Below are positions 40,673 through 50,599 of a stretch of 64,000 nucleotides of DNA, in pieces. This DNA comes from a virus. The position numbers and the translations under genes were made by a program. Every line of letters begins with the position of its first letter. Positions within the stretch are counted from its first letter, which is position 1. The stretch is taken from positions 12,598 through 76,597 of IMG/VR virus record IMGVR_UViG_3300017967_005407. One strand, given 5' to 3'. Below the pieces are notes generated by a model, which had not been told where the DNA came from, searched no databases, and was given only the letters and a program-made list of their open reading frames with translations.

Positions 40673-41493
40673 GTATAGCTAAACTAGATACAGATCCAGA
40701 TACAAAAATAGATTTTGAAGTTGCAGAAGAATATCACGAAGCATGGAAAGCTACATGGACTGATAGTTTTCAAGTACATGATGTAATGGATGAAGATGAA
40801 CTTGAATGGCTCAAAGAACACATGCTCAAACGCTATGACAAGATGCGTGTAAAAGAAACAGGTACACTACATTTTTTCAGTGATAACGCTGCTATTGAAG
40901 ACAAGTTTTTTGATAAGTGGAAAAAATATATACCAGAACTAGAACAAACAGGCATGTGGGAAGGTAATTTTGTTATGACTGCAAGTCCATACAACTTGCA
41001 TATTGATACAGGTCGTCCAGAATATCTTATGGATCGCGGGCTAGTACCAGGTAGACAAATTATTATTCCGTTGTGGGTTGGACATACAAATAAAACATAC
41101 AAAGGTACAGATAAAATACCCCCTGCAGGTACCTGTTTGTTTGACAATAGATTTATCAAGTTTGGAACTAACTTTGCAAAAAGTGATAACAAATATGACA
41201 CAGATGTTTTTTATACAGTGCGTAACTATGACAATTTGACTTGTTATAACAAAGATGGAAGCATTAAAGAAGTAGATTGGGATAAACCGTTTGACCCAGA
41301 AGTGCGAGAAAAATATTTAAGCCATTTTCCAGCACGTTGGTTAGATGGCTTTGACTTTGAAGCAATGTATAACTGGGACAGAGGCAGTATAATTGCATTT
41401 GATAGATGTCAAGCACACAGTGGTATGGATTTTCCAAAATACAAAGTTACAATGAAAGCTGGATTAAGTTTAATGACTACAAGGAAACTTTAA
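40669..41493 (+). CDS. Fe(II)/2-oxoglutarate oxygenase-like protein (paralog of 51711..52532)
   Basis: HxD 'NLHIDTG', distal His in 'GSIIAFDRCQAH', terminal 'KAGL'. Start moved to the ATGA overlap at 40669. Confidence 0.65.
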   Translation: MSIAKLDTDPDTKIDFEVAEEYHEAWKATWTDSFQVHDVMDEDELEWLKEHMLKRYDKMRVKETGTLHFFSDNAAIEDKFFDKWKKYIPELEQTGMWEGNFVMTASPYNLHIDTGRPEYLMDRGLVPGRQIIIPLWVGHTNKTYKGTDKIPPAGTCLFDNRFIKFGTNFAKSDNKYDTDVFYTVRNYDNLTCYNKDGSIKEVDWDKPFDPEVREKYLSHFPARWLDGFDFEAMYNWDRGSIIAFDRCQAHSGMDFPKYKVTMKAGLSLMTTRKL

Positions 41494-42533
41494 TGGTTCC
41501 TAATTTAAAACGTGTACATATAGAAGCAAGCGGACGTTGTAATAGCAAATGTCCTATGTGCAGTAGATTTACTACAGATGGATATTTACAACCTGGTTTA
41601 AACACAATGGATTTAGAGGATGAAATGTTCTTTAAATTTTTTACTGAAGAAAGAACAAACAATTTAGATCATGTTTACTTTAGTGGTGTATATGGAGATC
41701 CTTGTCTTAACAAAAGTCTTGTAGATTATGTAAAATGGTTTAAAAAACATGATGTAGATGTCGCTATTGATACAAATGCAGGGTATCGAAGCACAAAATG
41801 GTGGGCTGAATTAGGTGCTATGAACACAAGAGTGCATTTTGCAATAGATGGACTTGAAGATACAAATCATCTGTATCGACGTGGCGTTGTGTGGGATAAA
41901 GTTTGGAAAAATGTAAATGCATTCCAAGAAGCAGGCGGTAATGGTGCTTGGACATTTATAGTTTTTAAACATAATGAACATCAAGTAGAAGAAGCTAAAG
42001 AACTTGCTGCAAAACTTGGTATGGATTTTAGATTAAAAGTTACTCAAAAATTTAGAGGACACAAAAACTGGGCAGTAATGGAAGATGGTGAACGTCTATA
42101 TGATTTAGAACCTCCTGAAACACCAGAATATAGACATCCAAATGTTGGCGAACAGCACCATTATCCTGGTCCTGCGACTTTTGAGTTTAAGTTAGATAAG
42201 CCGTCGCCTTTTGATAATGTAGAAATACAATGTCAAATACAAGATTGGAAAGAATTATTTTTAGCACATACTGGTCATGTGATGCCTTGTTGTTTTTTAG
42301 GAACATTACATCACGACAGTCCTGGCGCTTATCAGTTTAACAAAGAGTTTGATATGAACAGTGTAGACTTGCATAAAGTTACACCAGAAGAAGCAATAGA
42401 AAACTTATATGATATCGAAAGACGTTTCAAATTAAAAAGTATTGCAGAAGGTAAATTGCTTACTTGTGCTAGAACATGCGGAAAGCAATTTCAAAACAAA
42501 ACGGTTTATGTAAATGACAGTAGTAAAAAATAG
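41493..42533 (+). CDS. Radical SAM enzyme with C-terminal Twitch/SPASM-like domain
   Basis: CNSKCPMC; 'SGVYGDP'; 'FAIDGL'; 'MPCCFL...CARTC'. Start moved to the TAATG overlap at 41493. Confidence 0.9.
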   Translation: MVPNLKRVHIEASGRCNSKCPMCSRFTTDGYLQPGLNTMDLEDEMFFKFFTEERTNNLDHVYFSGVYGDPCLNKSLVDYVKWFKKHDVDVAIDTNAGYRSTKWWAELGAMNTRVHFAIDGLEDTNHLYRRGVVWDKVWKNVNAFQEAGGNGAWTFIVFKHNEHQVEEAKELAAKLGMDFRLKVTQKFRGHKNWAVMEDGERLYDLEPPETPEYRHPNVGEQHHYPGPATFEFKLDKPSPFDNVEIQCQIQDWKELFLAHTGHVMPCCFLGTLHHDSPGAYQFNKEFDMNSVDLHKVTPEEAIENLYDIERRFKLKSIAEGKLLTCARTCGKQFQNKTVYVNDSSKK

Positions 42534-43875
42534 TTTTTGTATATATCCTTGGATACACATGCAACTCAAACCAAACGGACAAGCAAAACCTTGTTGTAGA
42601 TTTGACCATATGAACGCAGCATATAGAGACGAAAAAGGCAATCCTACAATGTCTCAGTATAATGTAAAAGAAAAATCATTTAAAGAAATTATGGAAAGTG
42701 ATTTTTGGAACGAATTACGCACAGATATGCTCAAAGGAAACACTATACCAGGATGCTACAAGTGCGACAGAGAAGATGCTGGCGATAAATTTAGTATGCG
42801 ATTTAATGCTAATAATGCATGGAATGAACAAAACGAATTTCGTCCAATAGATGTTAATCAAGAACTAAGTTTTAAATACTTAGAATTAACAACTGGTAGA
42901 TACTGCAATCTAGCTTGTAGAATGTGTAGTAGTGATTTAAGTACAACTTGGGATGCTGATGATAAAGTTTTAGCAGAAAAATATGAAGATAGATTTGATT
43001 TTAGTAAGCGTCCGCAAATATTAAACTTAAATTTTACTGCTGATGATTTCAAAGAAACGCAATTAATTAAAATGACAGGTGGCGAACCTATGATTGTTCC
43101 TACCTTTATACCATTTATAGATAAAGTAATAGAAAGCGGATACACAGATAATATAATGCTGCAAATTTATACAAATTGTAGTTGGGTGCCAAAAGCAAAA
43201 ATTATTGATAGGTTAAAAAAGTTTGGATTAGTACAAATATATTTGAGCGTGGACGGATTAGATGAAGTTAATGATTACATAAGATATCCTAGTAAATGGT
43301 CAACAGTTGAAGAAAGTGCAAAAAAGTGGTTAAGTATTGCTAAAGATCACAGTAATTTTGATATAGTGTTTTCTCCAACTATTAGTTTGTACAATATACT
43401 TCAACTTCCGAAAATGTGGAATTGGTGGGAAAATTTACAAGAAGAAATATACGGAGAAAAGTTTATCGTTGACAATAACTTGTATTCAAAATATACTAGA
43501 AAAAATAAACACGGAACTGACGTAAGTTACATATACGAAATTGCAAGATTTAGTCCTACTATGTTACAAACTCCGTCCTATTTAAGTAGCACTATGTTAC
43601 CGCAAAAAGAAAAAGTGATTGAACAATTAGATGAAATAATTAAAAAACATTCTAAACGTGTAGAAAATTTAGATGAATATGAAATATTTGTACGGTTTAG
43701 ATATATGATAAAACATATTATTAGTAGCTTCAATAAAAATACAAATACTAGTTTACAAGATTTTGTTGAGTATAGTGCAGATTTAGATAAACTTAGAAAT
43801 CAAAAGTTGCAAGATTCATTGCCAGAGTTATGGGAACAAATTAAAACAAGTGTTGAATATAAAGGAAAACTATGA
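42514..43875 (+). CDS. Radical SAM enzyme with N-terminal Twitch-like domain
   Basis: 'FCIYPW...KPCC...CYKC'; CNLACRMC; 'TGGEP'. Confidence 0.9.
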   Translation: MTVVKNSFCIYPWIHMQLKPNGQAKPCCRFDHMNAAYRDEKGNPTMSQYNVKEKSFKEIMESDFWNELRTDMLKGNTIPGCYKCDREDAGDKFSMRFNANNAWNEQNEFRPIDVNQELSFKYLELTTGRYCNLACRMCSSDLSTTWDADDKVLAEKYEDRFDFSKRPQILNLNFTADDFKETQLIKMTGGEPMIVPTFIPFIDKVIESGYTDNIMLQIYTNCSWVPKAKIIDRLKKFGLVQIYLSVDGLDEVNDYIRYPSKWSTVEESAKKWLSIAKDHSNFDIVFSPTISLYNILQLPKMWNWWENLQEEIYGEKFIVDNNLYSKYTRKNKHGTDVSYIYEIARFSPTMLQTPSYLSSTMLPQKEKVIEQLDEIIKKHSKRVENLDEYEIFVRFRYMIKHIISSFNKNTNTSLQDFVEYSADLDKLRNQKLQDSLPELWEQIKTSVEYKGKL

Positions 43876-45119
43876 GTAAAACATTTTGTCCTATGCCATT
43901 TACTCATTTGAATATTAAACAAGAAGGCAAAGTTAGTGCCTGTTGGCGTTTTCCTGATAAATTAGGCGATTATAGAACTCAAACATTACAAGAAATTTGG
44001 AACGATGACGCATTGCAAAAACTAAGACACGACAGTTTAAATGATGTGCAAAATATTGGATGTAGAAGCTGTTGGGATATGGAGAAAAGTGAAAGTATTA
44101 GCACACGTATGCAGTGCAGTCAAACTTTTCCTTATGTCAACCAACCGTTTGTAGAAGAACATATTCAAGAAGATTATAGCTTTCCAACAAAATATATACG
44201 CAGTGTTGAAATACGTTTCGATAATATTTGCAATTTAATGTGTAGGCATTGTAGTCCTGATTATAGTAGTGTTTGGGAACAAGCAGTCAAGCGTGATCCT
44301 ACACTAATGGACAAGATGCAAGAATATGGAACTTATAGAAAAGATGTTAACCATGTAAGTCTTACACAAGAAATGGTAGACGAAATAGCAAATGAGCTGG
44401 CACCTAACTTAGAAGAAATAATGATTGCCGGCGGCGAACCATTGTATCATGACAAGCACTACAAATTTCTTGAAGACATGCAACCATATGCAAGTAACAT
44501 ACGCTTGAGTTACAACACTAACCTAAACATATTAGAATACAAAGGTAAAAGTGTGTTAGACTTGTGGAAAAATTTCAAAGAAATTTGGTTGCGTATTAGT
44601 ATAGATGGCGATCCTAGTTGTTATGAATATGTACGTGCAGCAGGTAATCTACACAAAGTTGAAGAAAACATAAAAAAACTAAACGAAACACTAATTAATA
44701 CAGATATAAGTGCTACTTGTACTGTGAGTTTGTACAACATAACAAGATTTACTAACATTGTAAAATATTTTTGCGGATTAGATGTTTATTTTCACACAAG
44801 TTTGGTGCAATATCCAGAAGCTCTAAACATAAAATTGCTTCCACAAGAATTAAAAGATTCTATTACACAAGAATTTTGGCATTGGTATGAAAATGAAGCT
44901 GAAGATTATGTTAAAAGTGTTAGTAAAAAAGTAAAAGTACAAAAACAACTAGACAGAATTAAAAAATTTGCTACAAATACACTCAATTACATGAACAGCG
45001 AAGATAGACATGACAAATGGCATTTGTTTTTAGATTACAGTGCCGCTTTAGATAGCTATCACGGCACTGATTTGTTCGAGAGTTACTCCGAATATTCTTC
45101 AAAATTAAATAAATCGTAA
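43872..45119 (+). CDS. Radical SAM enzyme with N-terminal Twitch-like domain
   Basis: 'FCPMPF...ACW...CRSC'; CNLMCRHC; 'AGGEP'. Confidence 0.9.
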   Translation: MSKTFCPMPFTHLNIKQEGKVSACWRFPDKLGDYRTQTLQEIWNDDALQKLRHDSLNDVQNIGCRSCWDMEKSESISTRMQCSQTFPYVNQPFVEEHIQEDYSFPTKYIRSVEIRFDNICNLMCRHCSPDYSSVWEQAVKRDPTLMDKMQEYGTYRKDVNHVSLTQEMVDEIANELAPNLEEIMIAGGEPLYHDKHYKFLEDMQPYASNIRLSYNTNLNILEYKGKSVLDLWKNFKEIWLRISIDGDPSCYEYVRAAGNLHKVEENIKKLNETLINTDISATCTVSLYNITRFTNIVKYFCGLDVYFHTSLVQYPEALNIKLLPQELKDSITQEFWHWYENEAEDYVKSVSKKVKVQKQLDRIKKFATNTLNYMNSEDRHDKWHLFLDYSAALDSYHGTDLFESYSEYSSKLNKS

Positions 45120-46372
45120 TCTTTTTGCAAATCATCTAATATATCATTATATTTTTTGAACTTTTGTAAATCGCTTGCTGGAACTTTGATATCACAATAT
45201 AAGTTTGAGTTTATTTTTGCAACACGTTTAATATGACTTGCTGTAAGTGTGTTTATTTGTTGTAATCCAAACTGTAATGCATTGCTTCTAAACCCTGGAA
45301 TGTCACCAATTGCATGATATATACCAGTAATATTGAATTTTTCTAATTCGTTAATAATTGCAGCATCATCAAACAACATATTTGCAAGTGCATATGAATG
45401 ATTTTTTGTTTTGTATATTTGCCATGCATCGTATATAGCATCTTTGCTACCAAATTCTTGTAACAGCACATTCCATTGTTTCTCTATAATGTTATCTGAG
45501 CTATTATTCCAAAAATCAAAATCTCCATCACCTGCGTCATTGCACAAAGAAAGAGTTTTAACTAATCCTTTTTTTGTACCATCCCAATTTTTTGTAATTA
45601 GCTTTTTCCAAAGTAGATTTCGATCAAAAATATCAAAGTGTAAATAGTTTTCTACATTGTCTATATACTTACTACCTAGTATAAATGCTTTAAACATGCT
45701 ACAAGGGCCTACAACAGTGTTTATAGCGCCCTGTACGGTACTCAAATGTGTTTTATCAGTGCATATAGCTTCTGTATTATAAAGAAAAAACACCCCTTTA
45801 TCCTGATCATTTGCGTGCCTTGGATTACGTGTTGTAAGAAGTTTAATAAACAAATCAGTAAGGTTTGTATTAATAATAGGAAGTTTAGTAAAATGATTTA
45901 ACTCGTCATTCCATGCCTGTGGATTTTGTGTTGCTTTAGAATCTAATAACTGTTTAATTATTACGTTATTGATTTTTTTACTATCTGATTTTATGTAATC
46001 AGCAATCTTGGGTTTTCCTTTTTGTCGCCAATGTTTTAAATTTATTATCTGTATAGTTGGAGATTTTTTGTCGTGTATTACACTCCACTCTGTTTTATGA
46101 CTTTCTATATCATATATACACATTTTATGAATATGCCAAAAATCGTGATGATACATTCCAAACCAAGTCACAATTAGATATTCAGTTTTTTTGTCAGCAA
46201 TTATATCTAATATGTCATCTACTGATTCTGCCCATACAAATGGATGCTGCTCAACACTTTGTTTTACATAATGTCCACGTTGATAATACAACATCCAGCT
46301 TTGATAAAGGTCTCGATCAATATTGTTTTTTATATTTTTAGGTACAACAACGGCATGTTGTATATTAAGCAT
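45083..46372 (-). CDS. Hypothetical protein (paralog of 36020..37384)
   Basis: GGAG RBS before ATG 46372; 'FFLYNTE' and 'NWDG' motifs. Confidence 0.6.
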   Translation of the reverse strand: MLNIQHAVVVPKNIKNNIDRDLYQSWMLYYQRGHYVKQSVEQHPFVWAESVDDILDIIADKKTEYLIVTWFGMYHHDFWHIHKMCIYDIESHKTEWSVIHDKKSPTIQIINLKHWRQKGKPKIADYIKSDSKKINNVIIKQLLDSKATQNPQAWNDELNHFTKLPIINTNLTDLFIKLLTTRNPRHANDQDKGVFFLYNTEAICTDKTHLSTVQGAINTVVGPCSMFKAFILGSKYIDNVENYLHFDIFDRNLLWKKLITKNWDGTKKGLVKTLSLCNDAGDGDFDFWNNSSDNIIEKQWNVLLQEFGSKDAIYDAWQIYKTKNHSYALANMLFDDAAIINELEKFNITGIYHAIGDIPGFRSNALQFGLQQINTLTASHIKRVAKINSNLYCDIKVPASDLQKFKKYNDILDDLQKDYDLFNFEEYSE

Positions 46373-47099
46373 AAATTTTTCTCCAGTGATGGTAACTTTC
46401 TTCAATACGTTTGTTCCAACCGTCACCTAACCTGCCGTGTGCAATAATATGATATCTATCCTCATTGCTCCAATTATATACACAATGTATATTATAGAGA
46501 TTTAACTTGATAATACGTCCTTGTTCCCAAGGCAAATAGCCTATTTCGTCCATGTAGAAATGGCATTCTTCTGGATTGTTTAATGCTATATTAGTAGGAC
46601 CGATATGATTTTCGTCTAGTGTAATACTATCTCTATGTGGAATAATCCAGCCTCCTGGAGATAATTTCATAATACGTATTCTGTCATACTGTTTGTAATC
46701 AAATCTGTTTTCAAAAAAATCTCTAATAGTAGGACACCAGTCTGCTACGTCGGTCCACCTGTATGGTGCGTCTTTTCTGTCATTGTATCCGTAAGTATGA
46801 TGAGATTCTGTGTGTACACTACTCAAGCCATGGATGCACAAACTACTCCAACCGCTGTGACTTTCATGATGTCTATGAGGAACATAGTGTTTTTCTAATC
46901 TTTTAGCTTCCCAAAGCATTTTCTCCCAATCAGCATCTTCAAAACCTGTAATAGGTAAAAAGTCTAGTTGATCACTCATGTGTATTTCACGAGATGTTTT
47001 TAAGTTTTGTGGATATTTTGGTTTAGCTGGAAATTTATTACGTTCTGCAAATATCTCTGGCGGTTCGTTGCTTACTCCCCATTCTGTAATTGTATACAT
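46365..47099 (-). CDS. Aspartyl/asparaginyl beta-hydroxylase-family Fe(II)/2OG dioxygenase
   Basis: 'WSSLCIHG', 'CPT', 'RIRIMKLSPGGWIIPHRD', 'HCVYNWSNEDRYHII'. Confidence 0.8.
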   Translation of the reverse strand: MYTITEWGVSNEPPEIFAERNKFPAKPKYPQNLKTSREIHMSDQLDFLPITGFEDADWEKMLWEAKRLEKHYVPHRHHESHSGWSSLCIHGLSSVHTESHHTYGYNDRKDAPYRWTDVADWCPTIRDFFENRFDYKQYDRIRIMKLSPGGWIIPHRDSITLDENHIGPTNIALNNPEECHFYMDEIGYLPWEQGRIIKLNLYNIHCVYNWSNEDRYHIIAHGRLGDGWNKRIEESYHHWRKIYA

Positions 47100-47128
47100 G
47101 TCGAATCCTTTTCTTCATTATATACGTA

Positions 47129-47144
47129 TATTTAGTGCTAAATA
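47129..47144. promoter_or_regulatory. Palindromic back-to-back late motifs TATTTAG-TG-CTAAATA
   Basis: Perfect 7-bp inverted repeat between the divergent genes starting at 47099 (-) and 47163 (+). Confidence 0.6.
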
Positions 47145-47162
47145 CTGCGGAGAATAGAAAAT

Positions 47163-48146
47163 ATGAGCCTTGTTGCATATCATAAATTACACAAAAAAAT
47201 AGATGACTTATCCGAATGGGGAATGTTTTTTAGAAAAGTAAACTTTCCAAAAAGAACAACAGACAATTGTAGATGTAAAAGAGATTTGAAATATATTTTG
47301 TGGGGCATAGCTAGATGTATTTTGCATCAAGATCCAAAATTAATTAACGAGATTTCTCATAAATTTGTAAAAAATAAAAAACTTGTCCTAACTGATCATA
47401 GAGTAGAATTAGCTGTTTATGCTTATATAGAAGGTGAGTTATACAAACTACTTAAACACCATAGAGATGATGTTGAAATTATGATAGAAGCAATGCAGTT
47501 GCTAAAAGATAATTTTAAAAAACTAGAAGAAGCAAACTACACTAGAGAATTTAGTGATTTGATTAAAGAAAGAAAAACTACATTTACATGGTTAGATAAA
47601 AAAGTTACGCAAGAAACAGTTGAAGATATATTGTTAGACTTACACATGTACGCACCTAGTAAACAAAATAGAATGCCTTACTATCTTGATGTTTTAGATT
47701 GGAAGGACCCTGAGTTGAGACATAATATTTTTGAATGGTGCTGGAGAGACCTTAAACATGATGCACAAACAGATAAAGGAAATCCTCAAACATTAGCACC
47801 TTATCTATTTTGTTTTACTCCACGGATATCTAATAATCCTGACGATAATGCTTTGGAAGAAGCAATGATTGAAATAGGTATAGCCAGTAGCTTTATTATT
47901 TGGAATGCACAAAGTAGAGGATTAAGTACAGGTTATTGTGCATGTATTCAAGATCCTACAATGATAAGTAATGCATTAGGACGTCCGAATAATCAGGTTA
48001 AATTGTTATTAGGTATGGGCTACAAAGATGAGAACGCTAACAGTTATTTTGATCCAAGAATACAGGCCGATAAATTGCTACCAAGTGATAATTCATTCCA
48101 TAAATCTAATCAGGAAAATATAGGATCTTATATCGTATGGCATTAA
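47163..48146 (+). CDS. Nitroreductase-fold protein with an unknown N-terminal domain
   Basis: 'LIKERKT...APSKQN...IEIGIASSFIIWNAQSRGLSTGYCAC...LLLGMGY' begins at about residue 145. Confidence 0.75.
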   Translation: MSLVAYHKLHKKIDDLSEWGMFFRKVNFPKRTTDNCRCKRDLKYILWGIARCILHQDPKLINEISHKFVKNKKLVLTDHRVELAVYAYIEGELYKLLKHHRDDVEIMIEAMQLLKDNFKKLEEANYTREFSDLIKERKTTFTWLDKKVTQETVEDILLDLHMYAPSKQNRMPYYLDVLDWKDPELRHNIFEWCWRDLKHDAQTDKGNPQTLAPYLFCFTPRISNNPDDNALEEAMIEIGIASSFIIWNAQSRGLSTGYCACIQDPTMISNALGRPNNQVKLLLGMGYKDENANSYFDPRIQADKLLPSDNSFHKSNQENIGSYIVWH

Positions 48147-49303
48147 CAAAAACATTGTGCAGTGCAGCATGGTATGATATAAATGTTGACTTTGGAGCAA
48201 AAACATTAAGCCATTGTTGTAAAAGTCAACGTGAATCTTTTCCTGAGGTTGTTACAGAAGACTTTTTTAACAATAGTTTACACATACAAAAATTACGTGA
48301 TGATTTAGTAAATGGTATAGAAAATCCTGCATGTAATTTTTGTTGGAATAGTTATAAAGAAACTGGAACTGCATACAGAGATTTTAAAAACAAATGGATA
48401 GATAATTCTAGTGTTAACTACAATGTAAATAATATAGAAATTACACTTGATAATATTTGTGATATGGCATGTATATATTGTGATGCTACTAGTAGCAGTA
48501 GGATTGCACAAGAATTAGGACATGAGCATGTTATGAATATTCCTAATGATGCTCATATGCAAACTTTCATAAATTGGTTTGAGCATGTAGCATTAAAACA
48601 AAAGTTTATACCTTTGAGTTTTTTAGGTGGCGAAATTAGTTACAGTAAAAACTTTTATAAATTTATGAATATGATTTTGCAAAAAAAGTCTATTTACAAT
48701 AGCAGAATAAATTTTAGTGTATTAACCAATGGCAATGCAACTGAAAAAAATCAAAAAAAACTTTTAGCATTATTTGATAGTTTGCCTGAAAAATGGGGAA
48801 TTAGTTTAGGCATCAGTAACGAATCTACTGGAGTTGTTGCTGAGTCAGTAAGATATGGACTGAATTGGAATCGTTTTCAAAACAACTTCATTGATTATAT
48901 TAATCATCCTAGATTGGTAAATGTAACACTTGCTCCTACTCCTAATATTTTTACTGTAAAGCATATGTATGAGTATTTTGATTGGGTCATAAACGAATTG
49001 CGGAAAACAGATACCAAACTTGCAATTTTTGGAAATTGGGTAAACTGGCCAAACGAACTAGATCCAAGTAAATTAGATGATGCATATAAGATACATGTGG
49101 ATAAATGCTTGCAATTAATCAAAACAAATAAAGATTTATTTTTAGATGCGGGACAATATAATCATACGTACAAATGGTTAGAACAATTAAAAGCACGTAT
49201 AGGTACACAACAGCAAAATGATGTTGAATTAGATAATTGGATACGTAAAACTGCAATACAAAAGAAAGATAACAGTCTTTTGAATTTAAGAGAGTATATA
49301 TGA
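48137..49303 (+). CDS. Radical SAM enzyme with N-terminal Twitch-like domain (close paralog of 52504..53637)
   Basis: 'LCSAAW...HCCK...CNFCW'; CDMACIYC; 'LGGE'. Confidence 0.88.
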   Translation: MALTKTLCSAAWYDINVDFGAKTLSHCCKSQRESFPEVVTEDFFNNSLHIQKLRDDLVNGIENPACNFCWNSYKETGTAYRDFKNKWIDNSSVNYNVNNIEITLDNICDMACIYCDATSSSRIAQELGHEHVMNIPNDAHMQTFINWFEHVALKQKFIPLSFLGGEISYSKNFYKFMNMILQKKSIYNSRINFSVLTNGNATEKNQKKLLALFDSLPEKWGISLGISNESTGVVAESVRYGLNWNRFQNNFIDYINHPRLVNVTLAPTPNIFTVKHMYEYFDWVINELRKTDTKLAIFGNWVNWPNELDPSKLDDAYKIHVDKCLQLIKTNKDLFLDAGQYNHTYKWLEQLKARIGTQQQNDVELDNWIRKTAIQKKDNSLLNLREYI

Positions 49304-50565
49304 CAAAGGAATGGAAAAACCCAGATTGGTTCCCTGCAAAAGGCAATAGAGCGTGTTTGCTTAAATGGAGTCAAGTTACATTAAGTTTATGGGATAACAC
49401 TAGTAGTAGTTGTCACAGAAATGGAATGCATCAAATAGGTGAGGATTTTGATTTTCATAATGAACCAAAATGGGTAGAACATAGAGAAAAAATGTTAAAT
49501 GGCGATTGGCCTAGTGATGGATGGGGTTGCGAACATTGTCGAGATCAAGAAGCTATAGGCGGAACTAGCGATAGGATGCAATGGCTTAGTAATAACAATA
49601 ACAAAAGATATGTTCCAAAAGAACTTTTTAATAATCCAACTGCCACTCGTATAAAACCTACACAAGTAAGTATGCATTTTAATAATAAATGTAATTTAAA
49701 GTGTGTTTATTGTGGGCCTCAGTATAGCAGTGCTTGGGTGAAAGAAATGCAAAAATATGAACCTAAACATAGTTTTATACAAGATGTAGATATAAAAGAA
49801 AAAACGTACGAACAAAGACTGGAAAAATTCTACAAATGGATGGAAAACAATTATAGCAGTCTTAAAGCGTTTGATTTATTAGGCGGTGAACCTTTTATAC
49901 AACAAGAAACATGGGACTGTGTTGATTGGATGATAAAGCATCCTAATCCGGAATGTGATATAGAAATATACAGCAATATGGAAGTAAAACCTAAACTTTT
50001 TAAAAGAGGATGCGAAAAATTAAAAGAACTTAGCAAAACAGTCAAAGAAGTTGTATTTGTAATTAGTGTAGATACTTTTGGACCAGAAAGTGAGTATATA
50101 AGATTTCCACATAATTGGGAAGTTATGGAAGATAATATAAATTATTTAATTTATGAATGCCCAGAAATTATTCCAACTATGAATTGGACTGTTACTAATC
50201 TTAGTCTAAAAACTACTCCGGCATTAGTCCGTAAAGTTATTGAATGGAATAAACATCGGTATGTAAGTGTAAATTATAATAGATGTCACGATCCACATTT
50301 TTTTGATCCAAAAATTATGCCAGAAGGGTTTTACGATGATGTAATTGATGAACTAAAAGAATTAAATCAAATAATGTATCAAGGAAACAACAGTCCATAT
50401 ATGGATTATGTAAACACTATTTTCAAAGAAATAAACGAAACACCTGCAGATTACGAAGCTATAAAAATGCTTAAATGGCGCCTAACAGAACTTGATAAAC
50501 GTAGAGGCACAAATTGGCAAGAAACATTTCCTTGGTTAACAACTGTTGGACATAATAGAATTTGA
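49300..50565 (+). CDS. Radical SAM enzyme with N-terminal Twitch-like domain (same subfamily as 27052..28425)
   Basis: 'ACLLKW...SCHR...CEHC'; CNLKCVYC; 'LGGEP'. Confidence 0.88.
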   Translation: MTKEWKNPDWFPAKGNRACLLKWSQVTLSLWDNTSSSCHRNGMHQIGEDFDFHNEPKWVEHREKMLNGDWPSDGWGCEHCRDQEAIGGTSDRMQWLSNNNNKRYVPKELFNNPTATRIKPTQVSMHFNNKCNLKCVYCGPQYSSAWVKEMQKYEPKHSFIQDVDIKEKTYEQRLEKFYKWMENNYSSLKAFDLLGGEPFIQQETWDCVDWMIKHPNPECDIEIYSNMEVKPKLFKRGCEKLKELSKTVKEVVFVISVDTFGPESEYIRFPHNWEVMEDNINYLIYECPEIIPTMNWTVTNLSLKTTPALVRKVIEWNKHRYVSVNYNRCHDPHFFDPKIMPEGFYDDVIDELKELNQIMYQGNNSPYMDYVNTIFKEINETPADYEAIKMLKWRLTELDKRRGTNWQETFPWLTTVGHNRI

Positions 50566-50595
50566 TTGACAAAATAATTAAAGATAGTATACTAT
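50566..50595 (+). promoter_or_regulatory. Sigma70-like promoter: TTGACA with TATACT (N16) or TACTAT (N18)
   Basis: Fills the 34-nt gap and ends a few nt before ATG 50600; no RBS. Confidence 0.55.
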
Positions 50596-50599
50596 AGAT

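Noticed and set aside
32906-42533. MoaA/PqqE/anaerobic sulfatase maturase labels for the C-terminal Twitch rSAMs
   Set aside because: Family-specific motifs (e.g. MoaA C-terminal GG, full SPASM Cys set) and partner genes are absent.
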